From Blastocladiella emersonii ATCC 22665 (taxonomy: Eukaryota > Fungi > Blastocladiomycota), in assembly GCA_025594325.1 (NCBI GenBank), contig JANHCV010000007.1, positions 496,001 through 560,000 on the forward strand: a DNA stretch of 64,000 nucleotides, read 5' to 3'. Shown here one piece after another: positions 12,140 through 22,412 of this stretch. Both the position numbers and the translations under genes were made by a program. Within the stretch, counting starts at the first letter, position 1. Every line of letters starts with the position of its first letter. The notes beneath the pieces were generated by a model. It saw only the letters and a program-made list of their open reading frames with translations, did not search any database and was not told where the DNA came from.

Positions 12140-13880
12140 TTAGGCAGTAGTATCCTCATCACTTTCGCTTTCAACGTCGTCTTGGCCGTTTCCATCATCA
12201 TCCTCTTCCTCGCTTTCTTCTTCTTCTTCGTCGTTGTCGTCCTCCTCCTCCTCTTCATCGCTGCTGTTTTCGTGGGCATCCATGATCTCCCAATACTCGG
12301 AGCCGGGGCGCCTGCCGCGGAAATCGTCGTCCGAGTCGTGCGCTGCGTCGTGGCTGAAGTCCAAGGGAGGGTCGCTCGAGTCGTCCTGGCCAACCCACTC
12401 CCAGGCTGCGTCATCGCACCTCGAGACCACAAGCGTAGCGGGAAGCCGTGGAACGAACGTGTCCAGGAACTCAGTGGAGTGGCAGACGACCAGGCGCTTG
12501 AGCGAAGGCGGGAGCTGGTGTTGTGTCAGCACCCACAACGCTCGGCGCTTGAGCGGCCATTTCCCGACGTCAAGCTCCCTGAGTTGAGGCGGAAGGTGCT
12601 CGACCAGGTACGTGAAGGCACGCTCGTACCGAGAAGGGCACATGTTGAGCTCGAGCGACTTGAGCGAGGGTGGAAACGCGTCGATCAGAACACGGAAATT
12701 CGTGCACTGGTAATAAAGGTCATCAGACGAGTAATCGCCGTCCTCGCCACCGCTGTCAAGGACGTTGGTCATTCGAAGGACTTTGAGCTGGGGCGGCATA
12801 AAATGCGCGAGCTCGATCCAGCCGACGTGCCCGTTGTCCGTGAGGACGAGTTTCGTAAGGGTAGGGCGAATGTAGTTGGACACGGAGGAAGTGCGCCACC
12901 AAGAGTGCATCAAGTAGTTGTCTTTAAGGTCGATAGCCTTGAGGGAGGGCGGCAAGTTTTGGACGTGACCGCAAGTTGGCTCGCTCAGGCCGCAGCTACT
13001 GAGGTTTAGACTCTTGAGGCCAGCTGGGAGCGCGGACTCGACAGCGTGCAGATCACTGTGGTTGAAGGAATTGTTTGTCAGGTCAAGAGATCGAAGCGTG
13101 CCGGGGAGCGGAACAAGCGAGAACAAGGGGGCCAGCGCATGCCCTGAGCGGCGCACGGAAGCCAATTTCAAGTGAGCCAGCGAGGGGGGAAGCCAAGGCG
13201 CGCTGGAGTACGCGCTCCTGTCAAATGTCAGAAACCGGGCTTCTAAAGCACGGACGGAAGGTCGTTAGCATATGCTTGTCAGTAATGTGATGGCGTGCAT
13301 CCAAAGAGGTCAAAAACGTACGATCGCGAAGACGTCGCTCCCGAGTGACGTTTTCCGGGTATTGATAGGGCGGAAGGACACCCGTCTCGCCCAGTGGGTT
13401 CTCGGAGAGATTCAAGTTTGAGATGGTGGTGTTTGGGAGCTGGAGCAAGCGAACGCGCGCGAGTGAGAGCTTGCAGTTGACGAGCGAAAGGTGCGTGACG
13501 CGTTGGGCGGGACTCGTGAGGGCCGCCCCGAGCCGGCGGGCGCCCCAGTCCGTAAAATGCAACGAGGACAGCTTGAGATTAGTAACACGGCCGGCTTTGA
13601 CCTTGGGGACAAGCAGGAACACTGCGAGGTCAGCAAACAGGGTGCGCTTTTCGATCAGCTCGGGTGAGGGAGTTTCGTTGAGCTGCCTCCAAAACTCGGG
13701 AAGGCGAACCGAGTCGTCGTCAAAAACAGCTTGCTCGACATTTCGGAGCGTGTCTGGTAGAAGCGCGCGGGGCATCACGCCCAAGTACTGGCGAGCCGCG
13801 TCCAAATCCGACGGATCAAGCAAGAAAGCCTCTTCAAGGATGGCGTCGACCAAATGCGGTATCTTAAGCTCTGTTTTCAT
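12140..13880 (-). CDS. F-box-like/LRR (RNI-like) protein with acidic tail, array copy L1
   Basis: Two ORFs joined in frame by intron 13243-13321 (GTACGT...GCTAAC...TTTAG), giving RLRD|QARFLTFD. N-terminus IPHLVDAILEEAFLLDPSDLDAARQYLGVMPR, LxxLxLxxN repeats, EYWEI and a D/E tail. Confidence 0.8.
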
Positions 13881-14260
13881 AGCAAATACGGGAGGTAGTC
13901 ATTGCAGGACGAGAGCGAGAAGGCGACCGCCGCGAGGGTTCGAAAGGCAAACACGGCCGACCAGGTGGCTCCACGTGGCGAGCGTGAGTGGCGCATCGCG
14001 ACTCGTGCCGTGCCATGCCGCCCCCTGTAGACACGCACAGTTGACGGCGGAGGAGGGTCACATCTCGGACCAACCCCACAAATTACGATCCGCCGTGGGC
14101 GGCGCTGGCGGCGCAACTCAAACTAGCGCGACTCAAACCATGGCGACTTTGTGGTTGTGTGCCCGTGGCCAGGAGCGCGACCACGAGTGCATTCAAGGAG
14201 ATAACGTGTCGAATACATGTATTGGCGTTTGAAAAATCAAAACAAATTACTGGGGACAGC

Positions 14261-15859
14261 TCAATAGTCATCCGAGCCGTAGTCATCCGACACGTAGTCA
14301 TCAGAAGCATACTCGTCATAATCGAACTCGTCGTGGCCAAATTCATCCATGCCGCCGTCGTCGTCACCCTCGAAGATTTCCCAATACTCGAGTCCGTAGT
14401 CCTGGCAAGCGAAATGATCGTCCCCGTCGTCAGCGGGGTCGGACGGGAACGTCAATTTCGGACCATTCGGATCGTTGCGCCCGCTCCAGTGCTCCGGCGT
14501 GTGAACGCCCTCGACGCCTCGAGTAATGGTGAGAGTCGAAGGCATGTGGCGCGCAAGCACGTCCAGAAAATCGGAGGAAATCTCCTCGTAAACGGTGATC
14601 TTGACCAGCGACTTGGGCAGCCTGCGTTTGTTCTGGGCAAGGAACCACAACGCCCGGAGCTTGAGTAGCCACTGCGAAAGGTTGAGCTCCTGGAGCCGAG
14701 GCGGACAGTTCTGGACCAAGTACTTGAAAGCTCGCTCGTACCGGGACGGGAACATGTTGAGCGCCAATCGCTTGAGCGTGGGCGGGAAAACATCAATGAG
14801 AGACTGATAATCTTCGACCTGCGATCTGAGCTCATTCCTGATGTTGTGGCCACGAAGGAATGGGTAGTAGTCGTTCATCATCTCAAATTCTTCAAGCTGG
14901 GGTGGCATATAGTGGGCAAGATCGAGCCAGCCCGTGTTGCCGTTGTCCGAGAGGACGAGGCTGGTCAAGTTCACGAAAGTGACGTTGTCAACGGGAAGAC
15001 GGAGGCATCCCTTTTCCATGAGATCGTTGTTCCGCAGGTCGAGTCGAGTCAGCGAGAGCGGCAACGACCGGAAGCGAGCGTTCCGTGGGGCATAGCTGAG
15101 ACAGGAATCGAGATTGAGAGCTTTCAAGCCAGCTGGAAGCGCAGCCTCGACCGCCGCGATCGTTTTCGGGCACAATGTGTTACGCTTGAGGGAAAGCGAC
15201 TCGAGCGTGTCGGGAAACGGCGCCATGGTAAACAAGGGGACAAGAGATTGACCGTCGGCTTCAATGTAGCTGAGGTCTAAGTGGACAAGGGCGGGAGGGA
15301 GCCAAGCACCGGTCGCGAAGCTGGACAGGTCGAGTCGTGCGATGTGGGCTTCGGTTGCGCGTAAGTTGCTCTTGGCCGGGTTGCGCACGCGCATCGGGGC
15401 CAACGGGTTGCCTGAGAGCTCCAAATGCGTGACGGTGGCGGGAAGCTCGAGTAGGCGAACGCGAGCGACCGTGAGTTCGCAGCGTTCAAGCGAAATCTTG
15501 GTGATGGCCTGCGGGGTGCGGTTGATCGCGGCTCCGAGACGCCGAGCACCCCAATCGGTGATGTATCGCCGAGAAATGTCGATGTCAACAATCTGTCCGG
15601 ACTCGATTGCAGGGGCAAGCAGGAGCACGGTAAGGTTACCGAACTCGGTGCACTTTGACACTTCGTAGTGATTGATTCCAGAACCGAAAGGGTCCTGCGA
15701 GGAGATGTACTCGCTCACCTGGCGGCAGACGTCCGGGATAAGGAATCGGGGCAGCACGCCAAGGTACTGACGAGTGGCGCGCACGTCGCGCGGATTCAGC
15801 AAGAAAGCCTCGCAGAGGATGGCGTCGATCAAATTCGGTATGTTAAAGTGCGTTTTCAT
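14261..15859 (-). CDS. F-box-like/LRR protein, array copy L2 (intronless, 532 aa)
   Basis: Complete ORF with the same architecture as L1 (ITDWGARRLGAA, LELSGNPL, LESLSLKRN, SRYERAFKYLV, EYWEI, acidic tail). Confidence 0.8.
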   Translation of the reverse strand: MKTHFNIPNLIDAILCEAFLLNPRDVRATRQYLGVLPRFLIPDVCRQVSEYISSQDPFGSGINHYEVSKCTEFGNLTVLLLAPAIESGQIVDIDISRRYITDWGARRLGAAINRTPQAITKISLERCELTVARVRLLELPATVTHLELSGNPLAPMRVRNPAKSNLRATEAHIARLDLSSFATGAWLPPALVHLDLSYIEADGQSLVPLFTMAPFPDTLESLSLKRNTLCPKTIAAVEAALPAGLKALNLDSCLSYAPRNARFRSLPLSLTRLDLRNNDLMEKGCLRLPVDNVTFVNLTSLVLSDNGNTGWLDLAHYMPPQLEEFEMMNDYYPFLRGHNIRNELRSQVEDYQSLIDVFPPTLKRLALNMFPSRYERAFKYLVQNCPPRLQELNLSQWLLKLRALWFLAQNKRRLPKSLVKITVYEEISSDFLDVLARHMPSTLTITRGVEGVHTPEHWSGRNDPNGPKLTFPSDPADDGDDHFACQDYGLEYWEIFEGDDDGGMDEFGHDEFDYDEYASDDYVSDDYGSDDY

Positions 15860-16100
15860 AGCAAATAGTGCGAGTCTTCATGGACGGCGCGAGAGCGAGA
15901 GCGGGCGGCTGCCGACCCGATGGGCAGTTGTTTGGGAAGCAGCAGTGGCTTGACTCGAGCTCACGTGGAAGGCGTGTGAGTGGCGCATCGCGCCCCGAAC
16001 CAACTTGCACGCGGGCACGCGGATATTCAGCTAAAAAATGAGCAGATACATTGAAATTTGAATAAAACAAGATCGAAATGTTCCTACCAAGCAGTTTGCT

Positions 16101-17862
16101 CTAGACATCGGCCCAAGCGTCGTCACCATCATCATCAACGACCTCGAGCTCATCGTCGTCGTCATAACGATCGTGGTCGCTCGCAATGTCGTACTCGATG
16201 TCGACTGCGGGCTCGTCAGCTTCGTCGGCTTCGCCGCTGTCGATTTCCCAATACTCAAAGCCTTCGTAGTCGCCACGGTGATAGTCGTCTGCGTCGTCGG
16301 CCGCGTCGTGGGTGAAATCAAAGCCGGGGCCCGTCGAGTCGCCTTGGCCGATCCACGAAGAAGTCTCGCCGCTTTGGCCGGCCCACGAAGCAGTCTCGCT
16401 GATTCGGTCGATCGTAATCGTTGTCGGCAGCCGTCGAACAAGCGCCTCCAGAAAGCTTGTTTCGGTGAAGTTGTGGACAACCAGCCGCTTGAGAGTCAAT
16501 GGGAGCGGGTGCTGCGTCAGCGCCCAGAGCGCTCGCTGTTTGAGCTCCCATTCGCCAAGATCGAGTTCCTCAAGGTGAGGCGGAAGGTGGGTAACGAGGT
16601 AGGTGAAGGCACGCTCGTAGCGCGAAGGATGCATGTTGAGTTTGAGGCGCTTGAGTGTGGGCGGTAGAGCGTTAATGAAAGGGCGGTAGCAACGTGTTTG
16701 CTCCCGCTGCTCGCAGTACAAGCCGCCATCGTCGAATCCGCCGTCGTAGTTGATCATTTCAAAGTCTTCTAGCTGCGGCGGCATGAGCGAGGACAGCTTG
16801 TGGAACCCGGTTTGCCCGTTATCCAAAAGGTTGAGCTGCGTGAGAGTCGGGGGAATCAAGGCAGAAGCGGACCGACGGTGCCCGTTGATAAGCAGTAACT
16901 CGTTGCCTTGAAGGCTAAGGGAACGCAGGGAAGGCGGAAAATTGCGGAACCGGCCACGGCGCTGCGCGAGAAGCTGGCAGTAGTCCAGGCTCAGACGCTT
17001 CAGCCCTTGGGGCAGCGCAGATTCGAGGGCATCCACCGCTTCCTTGCAGAAACGGTTGCGCGCAAGGTTGAGCGACTCGAGCGTACTGGGAAGCGGCTCG
17101 AGGGCGAAAAGGGGTCCGAGCGAGTGTCCGTGGCGGTAAATGTGATCCAGCGACAAAGTTTTGAGTGCGGGAGGAAGCCAGACGCCAGGCGAATAGCTGG
17201 ATGCATCAACGGACGAAAGCATTTTTTCTACATCCCAGAGGGCGGCTTCCATTGGCGTTCGTGGCCGAAACGTTAAGCTAACAAGCACGCTACGATACCC
17301 TGTGAAATACGATGCAGCACTTCAAATCCACGATCGTGGTTCCGGTACAGGAAAGGCTCGGGGGCGCCCGTCTCACCAAGCGGGTTTTCGGACAAGTCCA
17401 AGTGCAAAACGGTGCTGCTGGAAAGCTGGAGCAGGCGGACCGAGCGAGGGTGAGACCGCAATCCACCAACGAGAGACTCGTGACGCGCTGCGCAGGGCTA
17501 GTCAACGCCGTGCCGAGGCGGCGAGCACCGTAATCGGTAAAGCGTTTCGATGAAAGCTCGATCGAGCTGATCTTTCCGGCTTCGACCTCGAGCGCGAGGA
17601 GATATACAGCAAGATTACCGCGGCGGGCGGCCGCCTTGGGCGGCTCGGTCGGCTCAGGCATTTTGGGTCCCCCACGGGCCTGAGGCTTGGGCATGGGGTC
17701 GATTGAGACAAGTTCGGTCAGCCGTAGGTAGGTGCGGGGGATGTGATCGTGTGGCAGCACGCGCAAGTACTGGCACGCCGCGTCTAAATCCGACGGGTCC
17801 AGCGACACGGCCTTGCATAGGACGAGGTCGATCAGTTGCGCTATGTTAAAAGTTGTTTTCAT
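16101..17862 (-). pseudogene. F-box-like/LRR array copy L3 with a 1-nt frameshift
   Basis: The frame changes at about 17441 (LTLAR / VRLLQL). An intron GTATTT...TGTAG lies at the same position as in L1. The rest is open to an acidic tail. It could be a sequencing error. Confidence 0.7.
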
Positions 17863-18365
17863 GGCAGTAAAGTGGGCGACGAGGAGACAAACGGGCGAGG
17901 GTTGGTGTTTAAGCGGCCAGCCACAACAACGAAGCGAGGCTTGAGCCTCACGCTCACGTGGGTGGCGCTTCGCGTCCCTTGTTGACCGTCGCTCGTTGCC
18001 TGGGACACGGTCGCTCTCTCCTGCTGCTAGGCCAAGCTGGACAGGCAGTTCTCAAAGGGTCCGTTCGCTTCACCACCGTCGCAATCGTCGATCCCTCACT
18101 TGATCCACAAGTGCTTGAGGTACCAGCCGCAAACCTCATCTACCAAGCTATCGGCGGGGCCTTGAGTGAAGTCCAGGTCGTGGCCGCCGTGTTGCCCTTG
18201 CCAATCCACTTAGAGCCACGACTGTGTTCGCGAGATGTATGCCTTGCTTCCCATGCCCGCGAGTGAGCGCGACAACCCCGTAGTACAGGACCAATTTTCT
18301 TGAGCGAGAAACAAACAAGTTGTATTCAAAACAAAGAAGGAACTAATGCGTCAATTACGGACGGA

Positions 18366-20337
18366 TCAATCTTCATCCGAGCTATCGTCATCAGACTCAA
18401 ACTCGTCCGAGTCAGTCGCATCTGAGTCAAACTCGTCCTCGTCGTCAGAGAATTCATCCGACTCGAAGCCGTCATCGTCATCGACGTTGAAAATCTCCCA
18501 GTACTCGAGCCCGTGGTACTGACCGCAAAAGTAATCGTCTTGGTCATTAGCTGCGTCGCTTGGGAACTCCCATTTCGGGCCGGATGGGTCGTTTCGTCCA
18601 GTCCAGCGACGAAGCGACTGCCCGTCCCGAGTGACGGTAAGATTCGCGGGCAACCGGCGAGCAAGCGTTCCCAAAAAGTCGGCGGAAATGTCCTCGAAGA
18701 TCTTGACTTGCTTGAGCGAGCGCGGGAGCGTGTGCTGGGCAAGGAACCAAAGGGCCCAATGCTTGAGCGGCCACTCCGAAATGTCCAGCTCCTGGAGCTG
18801 GGGCGGACAGTGCTCAACCAAGTACTCGAATGCGCGCTCGTACCGGGACTGAAGCATGTTCAGCTTCAGCCGCTTAAGCGTGGGCGGGAACGCGTCGATG
18901 AGCATGCGGTAGTGAGCGTTCTGCACCGAAAGCTCGTGCTCAATGCCGAACCGGCGGGGAAAGTCGAAGTAGTCGTTGGTCATCTCGAAGTCTTCGAGCT
19001 GGCGGGGCATAAGGGCAGCGAGCTCGTTCCAGCCCGTGTTGCTGTTGTCCGAGATGATGAGGGCCGTCAAAGTTCAAGTACACGTGACCGCGTTGCGCCA
19101 CAGTCACCGGACGCGTGCGACCCCGCCCGCGTCACGCGCGTCACGCGCACCGCGCCGATCTCCTTTGTCATCGCCGCGGACCGCCTCACCTCACCGAGCG
19201 ACGCGTCGGCCCGCTCACATCGGACGACGCGCCTCCGCATCCCCTCTCTCTCTTGTTCCTTTGACCAGTTGCTAGTATTAGCCACCACATACAGCCTGTT
19301 GTCCTCTCGTGAACCTCCTCACCGTCTCCTCTTGTGAACCTCTTCACCGTCCCCTCTTGTGAACCTCTTCACCGCCTCGACCTTCATCTCCGCCAAGATC
19401 GCACGTCCATCGTGCCGAGCTTCCTCCCAGTCGAGTACGCTTCAACTGTCAAACGTTCGAGGACGGCCTTGCTGAGCGGCGGGTAGAAGGAGTACTCGCG
19501 CATTAGCTGGTTGCCTCGAATGCTGAGCTGAGTAAGCGACGGCGGCAGGGATTCGAATCGGCGCCGCGACGGCAAATCAAAGAATTGGCGAGATTGAGAC
19601 TCTTCAAACCGGCCGGGAGAGCAGCTTCCAGGGAAGCGATCGTGTCGGGACACAATTTGCTGCCCTTGAGGGAAAGCGACTCGAGCGTCTCGGGGAACGG
19701 CGACATGTCGAACAGCGGTGCGAGGGATCGGTCGTCGGTTTGAATGGCGTCGAGTTTCAAGTCAACGAGGGCGAGAGGGAGCCAAGCACCAGTCGTGAAG
19801 CCGGACAGGTCGAGTCGTGCGAGGTGGGCCGCGGTTGCGCGCAGATTGGCCTTGGCAGTGTCGCGCGCGCATCGGACCCAACGGGTTCCCAGAAAGGTCT
19901 AAGTGGGTGATGGTGTCGGGGAGCTCAAGCAAGCGGACGCGAGGGACCGTGAGCTCGCAGTTTACAAGCGAAACCTTGGTAATCGTCTGCGGCGAGCGCT
20001 TGATTGCGGCGCCGAGGCGGCGAGCGCCCCAATCGGTGATGCATCTCCAAGTAAGCTTGATGTCAACGACCTGACTTGCTTCGATCGCGGGAGCAAGCAA
20101 AAACACGGCCAAGTTACCAAGTTCGGGACACCTGAATGCTTGACGGTGCTTGATTCCAGACTCGTACGGGTGTATCTCGGAGATGTACCCGTCCACCTGC
20201 CGGCAGATCTCCGGGACGAGAGGTCGAGGCAGCACGCCCAGATACTGACGAGCGGCGTCCAAATCCGACGGGTCCAGCAAGAAAGCCTCGCAAAGGATGG
20301 CGTCAATCAAATGCGGTATGTCAAATGGCGTTTTCAT
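18366..20337 (-). pseudogene. F-box-like/LRR array copy L4, two frameshifts plus a solo-LTR insertion
   Basis: Closest to L2. Frameshifts at about 19860 and 19580. The codons LERLT|ALII are split by the 377-bp insertion at 19071-19447. Confidence 0.85.
19071..19447 (+). mobile_element. Solo LTR with AGTT...AACT termini and a 5-bp TSD
   Basis: GTCAA is duplicated at 19066-19070 and 19448-19452. Removing the insert and one copy restores the L4 reading frame. Both ends match the PPT-adjacent LTR at 51798-53409. It contains a 25-bp unit x3 (19303-19376). Confidence 0.85.
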
Positions 20338-20532
20338 GGCAACTAGGGGGAGTATTCATCGAAGTCGTTAGAGCGGGAGCCGTCAGCGATGGCCTCGTCC
20401 GCTTGGGAACGAGCAGTGGCTTGACTTGAGCTCACGTGGCACACATGAGTGGCGCTTCGCGTCCGAGTCCTCGCGTCGTTCTCCCAGCGTCGAACAAACG
20501 AAACAGTCGGTACATTATGGTAACACGAAACA

Positions 20533-22182
20533 TCAGTAAATCGCATCATCGTCGTAATCATCCTCGTCGCCGAGATCCGAGTCTTCCTCGAATTGAGTAT
20601 CGATCCGAATGATCTTCCAGTACTCGCGCCCACGGTGGCGACCCCGGTCGCGATCGTCTGCGTCGTCAGCCGGGTCTTGGCGGAACGCCCACTCGGGACC
20701 AGTCTTATCATTCAGCCCAGTCCAGGACTTTGCTAGATTCCCGTCCTTTGCAACGGTGAGTGTGGTCGGGAGCCGGCGAGCAAGCGCGTCCATGAACTTG
20801 ACTGGCACGCGTTTGTGAACCGTGATCCATGCGAGCGTCGGTGGAAGCTGGTTTTGAGTGAGCGCCCAAAGGCCGCGCATCTTCAGCTCCCACTCCGCGA
20901 GGTCGAGTTCCTCCAAGACAGGGGGGAGATGCTGAACGAAGTACTTGAACGCGAGCTCGTACCGCGATGGGAGCATGTTCAGCTTGAGTCGCTTGAGCGT
21001 GGGCGGGAGCGCATCGATAAGCACGTGGTAGCGGTCGCACTGCTCCATAGGTTCTAGCGCAGCGTCGTCGATCTGCTCGAACCCAGACGGGCCGTTTACC
21101 AGCTCGAGGATTTGAAGCTGTTTCGGCAGGAACATAACGAGCTCATCCCAGCCCAAGTGTCCGTTGTCGGAGATATTCAACGATGTCAGTGTGGTGATAG
21201 TGCTACTCGTAATTGGCGTGTGAAAGTGGAACTCGTCATCTTCAAGGTAATTGTTTTGAATACTCAAAGTCTTGAGAGAGGGCGGAAGCGAGAGAAGGCG
21301 GCCTGAACACGACCGACCGAGATCGCACCCGTCCATGTACAAGCGCTCCAGGCCCTCCGGAAGTGAGTGCTCGAGTACGGCCACCGTGCCCCGGCAAAGT
21401 TTGTTTTCCGAAACGTCAAGCGACTTAAGGGTGCTCGGAATCGATGCGATCGAGAACAAGGGCAAGAGCGTTTGATGAAAGCAGTAGATGTGGCGCAGCT
21501 TTAAGCTGACGAGAGCGGGAGGAAGCCAGTTGCCGAGCTGGTAGCTACTCTTGTCGATAACAGGGATTTGCGATTCGATGTCCTTGATATTCTCAACATG
21601 ACGGGCCATGATCGGGTTGCACGAGCCGTAGCACTCGCGCGACGCTCCGTCGCGAATGCACGTTTGCGCGTGCTTAATCATGTTCTCGTCACGGTAGGGC
21701 TCGCGCACACCAGTCATGCCCAACGGGTTGAGCGAAAGGTCCAAATCCAGGATGGTGTTGGGGAGCCGGAGCATCCGGACGTGCGCCAAGGTAAGGTTGC
21801 AGTTGACGAGCGAAACACGGGTCACGGGCCGCGACGAACGATTCAAAGCGTCACCCAAGCGCCGGGCACCCCAGCGGGTGATCCGTCTCGATGAGAACTT
21901 GACGTCGACGACAGTTCCGGTCTCGATCGCTGGAGCCAGCAGGAGTACGGCAAAATCGCCAAGCACGGGCCCCTCCGTCAGCCGATTATAATGTGCACGG
22001 AGAGTCACGGGTCCGTGGTCCTCGAGGATGAAATAGCTCATTCGCTGGCATGTGATCGGGATGCGCGCTCGCGGCAGGACGGCCAGGTACTGCTGTGCCG
22101 CGCGCAAGTCGCGCGGATCGAGCAAGAACGCCTCGGCGAGGATCGCATCGATCAAGTGCGGCCTGTTCATGGCAGTTTTCAT
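20533..22182 (-). CDS. F-box-like/LRR protein, array copy L5
   Basis: Start placed at MKTAMNRPHLIDAILAEAFLLDP by homology with L1-L4. Open to REYWKI plus an acidic tail. Confidence 0.8.
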   Translation of the reverse strand: MKTAMNRPHLIDAILAEAFLLDPRDLRAAQQYLAVLPRARIPITCQRMSYFILEDHGPVTLRAHYNRLTEGPVLGDFAVLLLAPAIETGTVVDVKFSSRRITRWGARRLGDALNRSSRPVTRVSLVNCNLTLAHVRMLRLPNTILDLDLSLNPLGMTGVREPYRDENMIKHAQTCIRDGASRECYGSCNPIMARHVENIKDIESQIPVIDKSSYQLGNWLPPALVSLKLRHIYCFHQTLLPLFSIASIPSTLKSLDVSENKLCRGTVAVLEHSLPEGLERLYMDGCDLGRSCSGRLLSLPPSLKTLSIQNNYLEDDEFHFHTPITSSTITTLTSLNISDNGHLGWDELVMFLPKQLQILELVNGPSGFEQIDDAALEPMEQCDRYHVLIDALPPTLKRLKLNMLPSRYELAFKYFVQHLPPVLEELDLAEWELKMRGLWALTQNQLPPTLAWITVHKRVPVKFMDALARRLPTTLTVAKDGNLAKSWTGLNDKTGPEWAFRQDPADDADDRDRGRHRGREYWKIIRIDTQFEEDSDLGDEDDYDDDAIY

Positions 22183-22412
22183 GGAGTTCATCGTACGTAA
22201 TTTATCATCGCGGGAGAGAGAGCGGAAGCTCGAGGTGGGCGACACACGAAGCCAACTCGAACAACGCTCGCGCCAGGGGTTCTGCTCGCGCTCAATTCGC
22301 CGAAACGTGAGTGGCGCCGCGCGTCCGCATCGCCTGATCGTCTCCCTCCTCGGCAGCCCCACTCCTCCCACGCTCTCCAATGCATGAAATGACTTGATGC
22401 AATCGCATGAAA

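Larger units (their letters stand above)
13985..22323 (-). promoter_or_regulatory. Repeated upstream motif TGAGTGGCGCWTCGCG (plus-strand reading), usually preceded by CACGTG
   Basis: Copies at 13985, 15977, 17959, 20446 and 22308, 97-126 bp upstream of the L1-L5 start codons, in otherwise diverged spacers. Confidence 0.6.

Noticed and set aside
13180-13200. Frameshift in L1 suggested by the split ORFs
   Set aside because: The G6 run keeps the frame (WLPPSL), and the split is explained by the intron at 13243-13321.
17940-18270. Possible sixth LRR-array remnant (HDLDFTQGPADSLVDEVCGWYLKHLW on the minus strand)
   Set aside because: It has only a loose resemblance to the array C-terminus and several stops. 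It cannot be supported without an alignment.
5541-22182. Functional cluster of CSN2 with F-box genes (cullin regulation module)
   Set aside because: The pathway link is real, but adjacency of one housekeeping gene to expanded families is expected by chance. There is no evidence of co-regulation.
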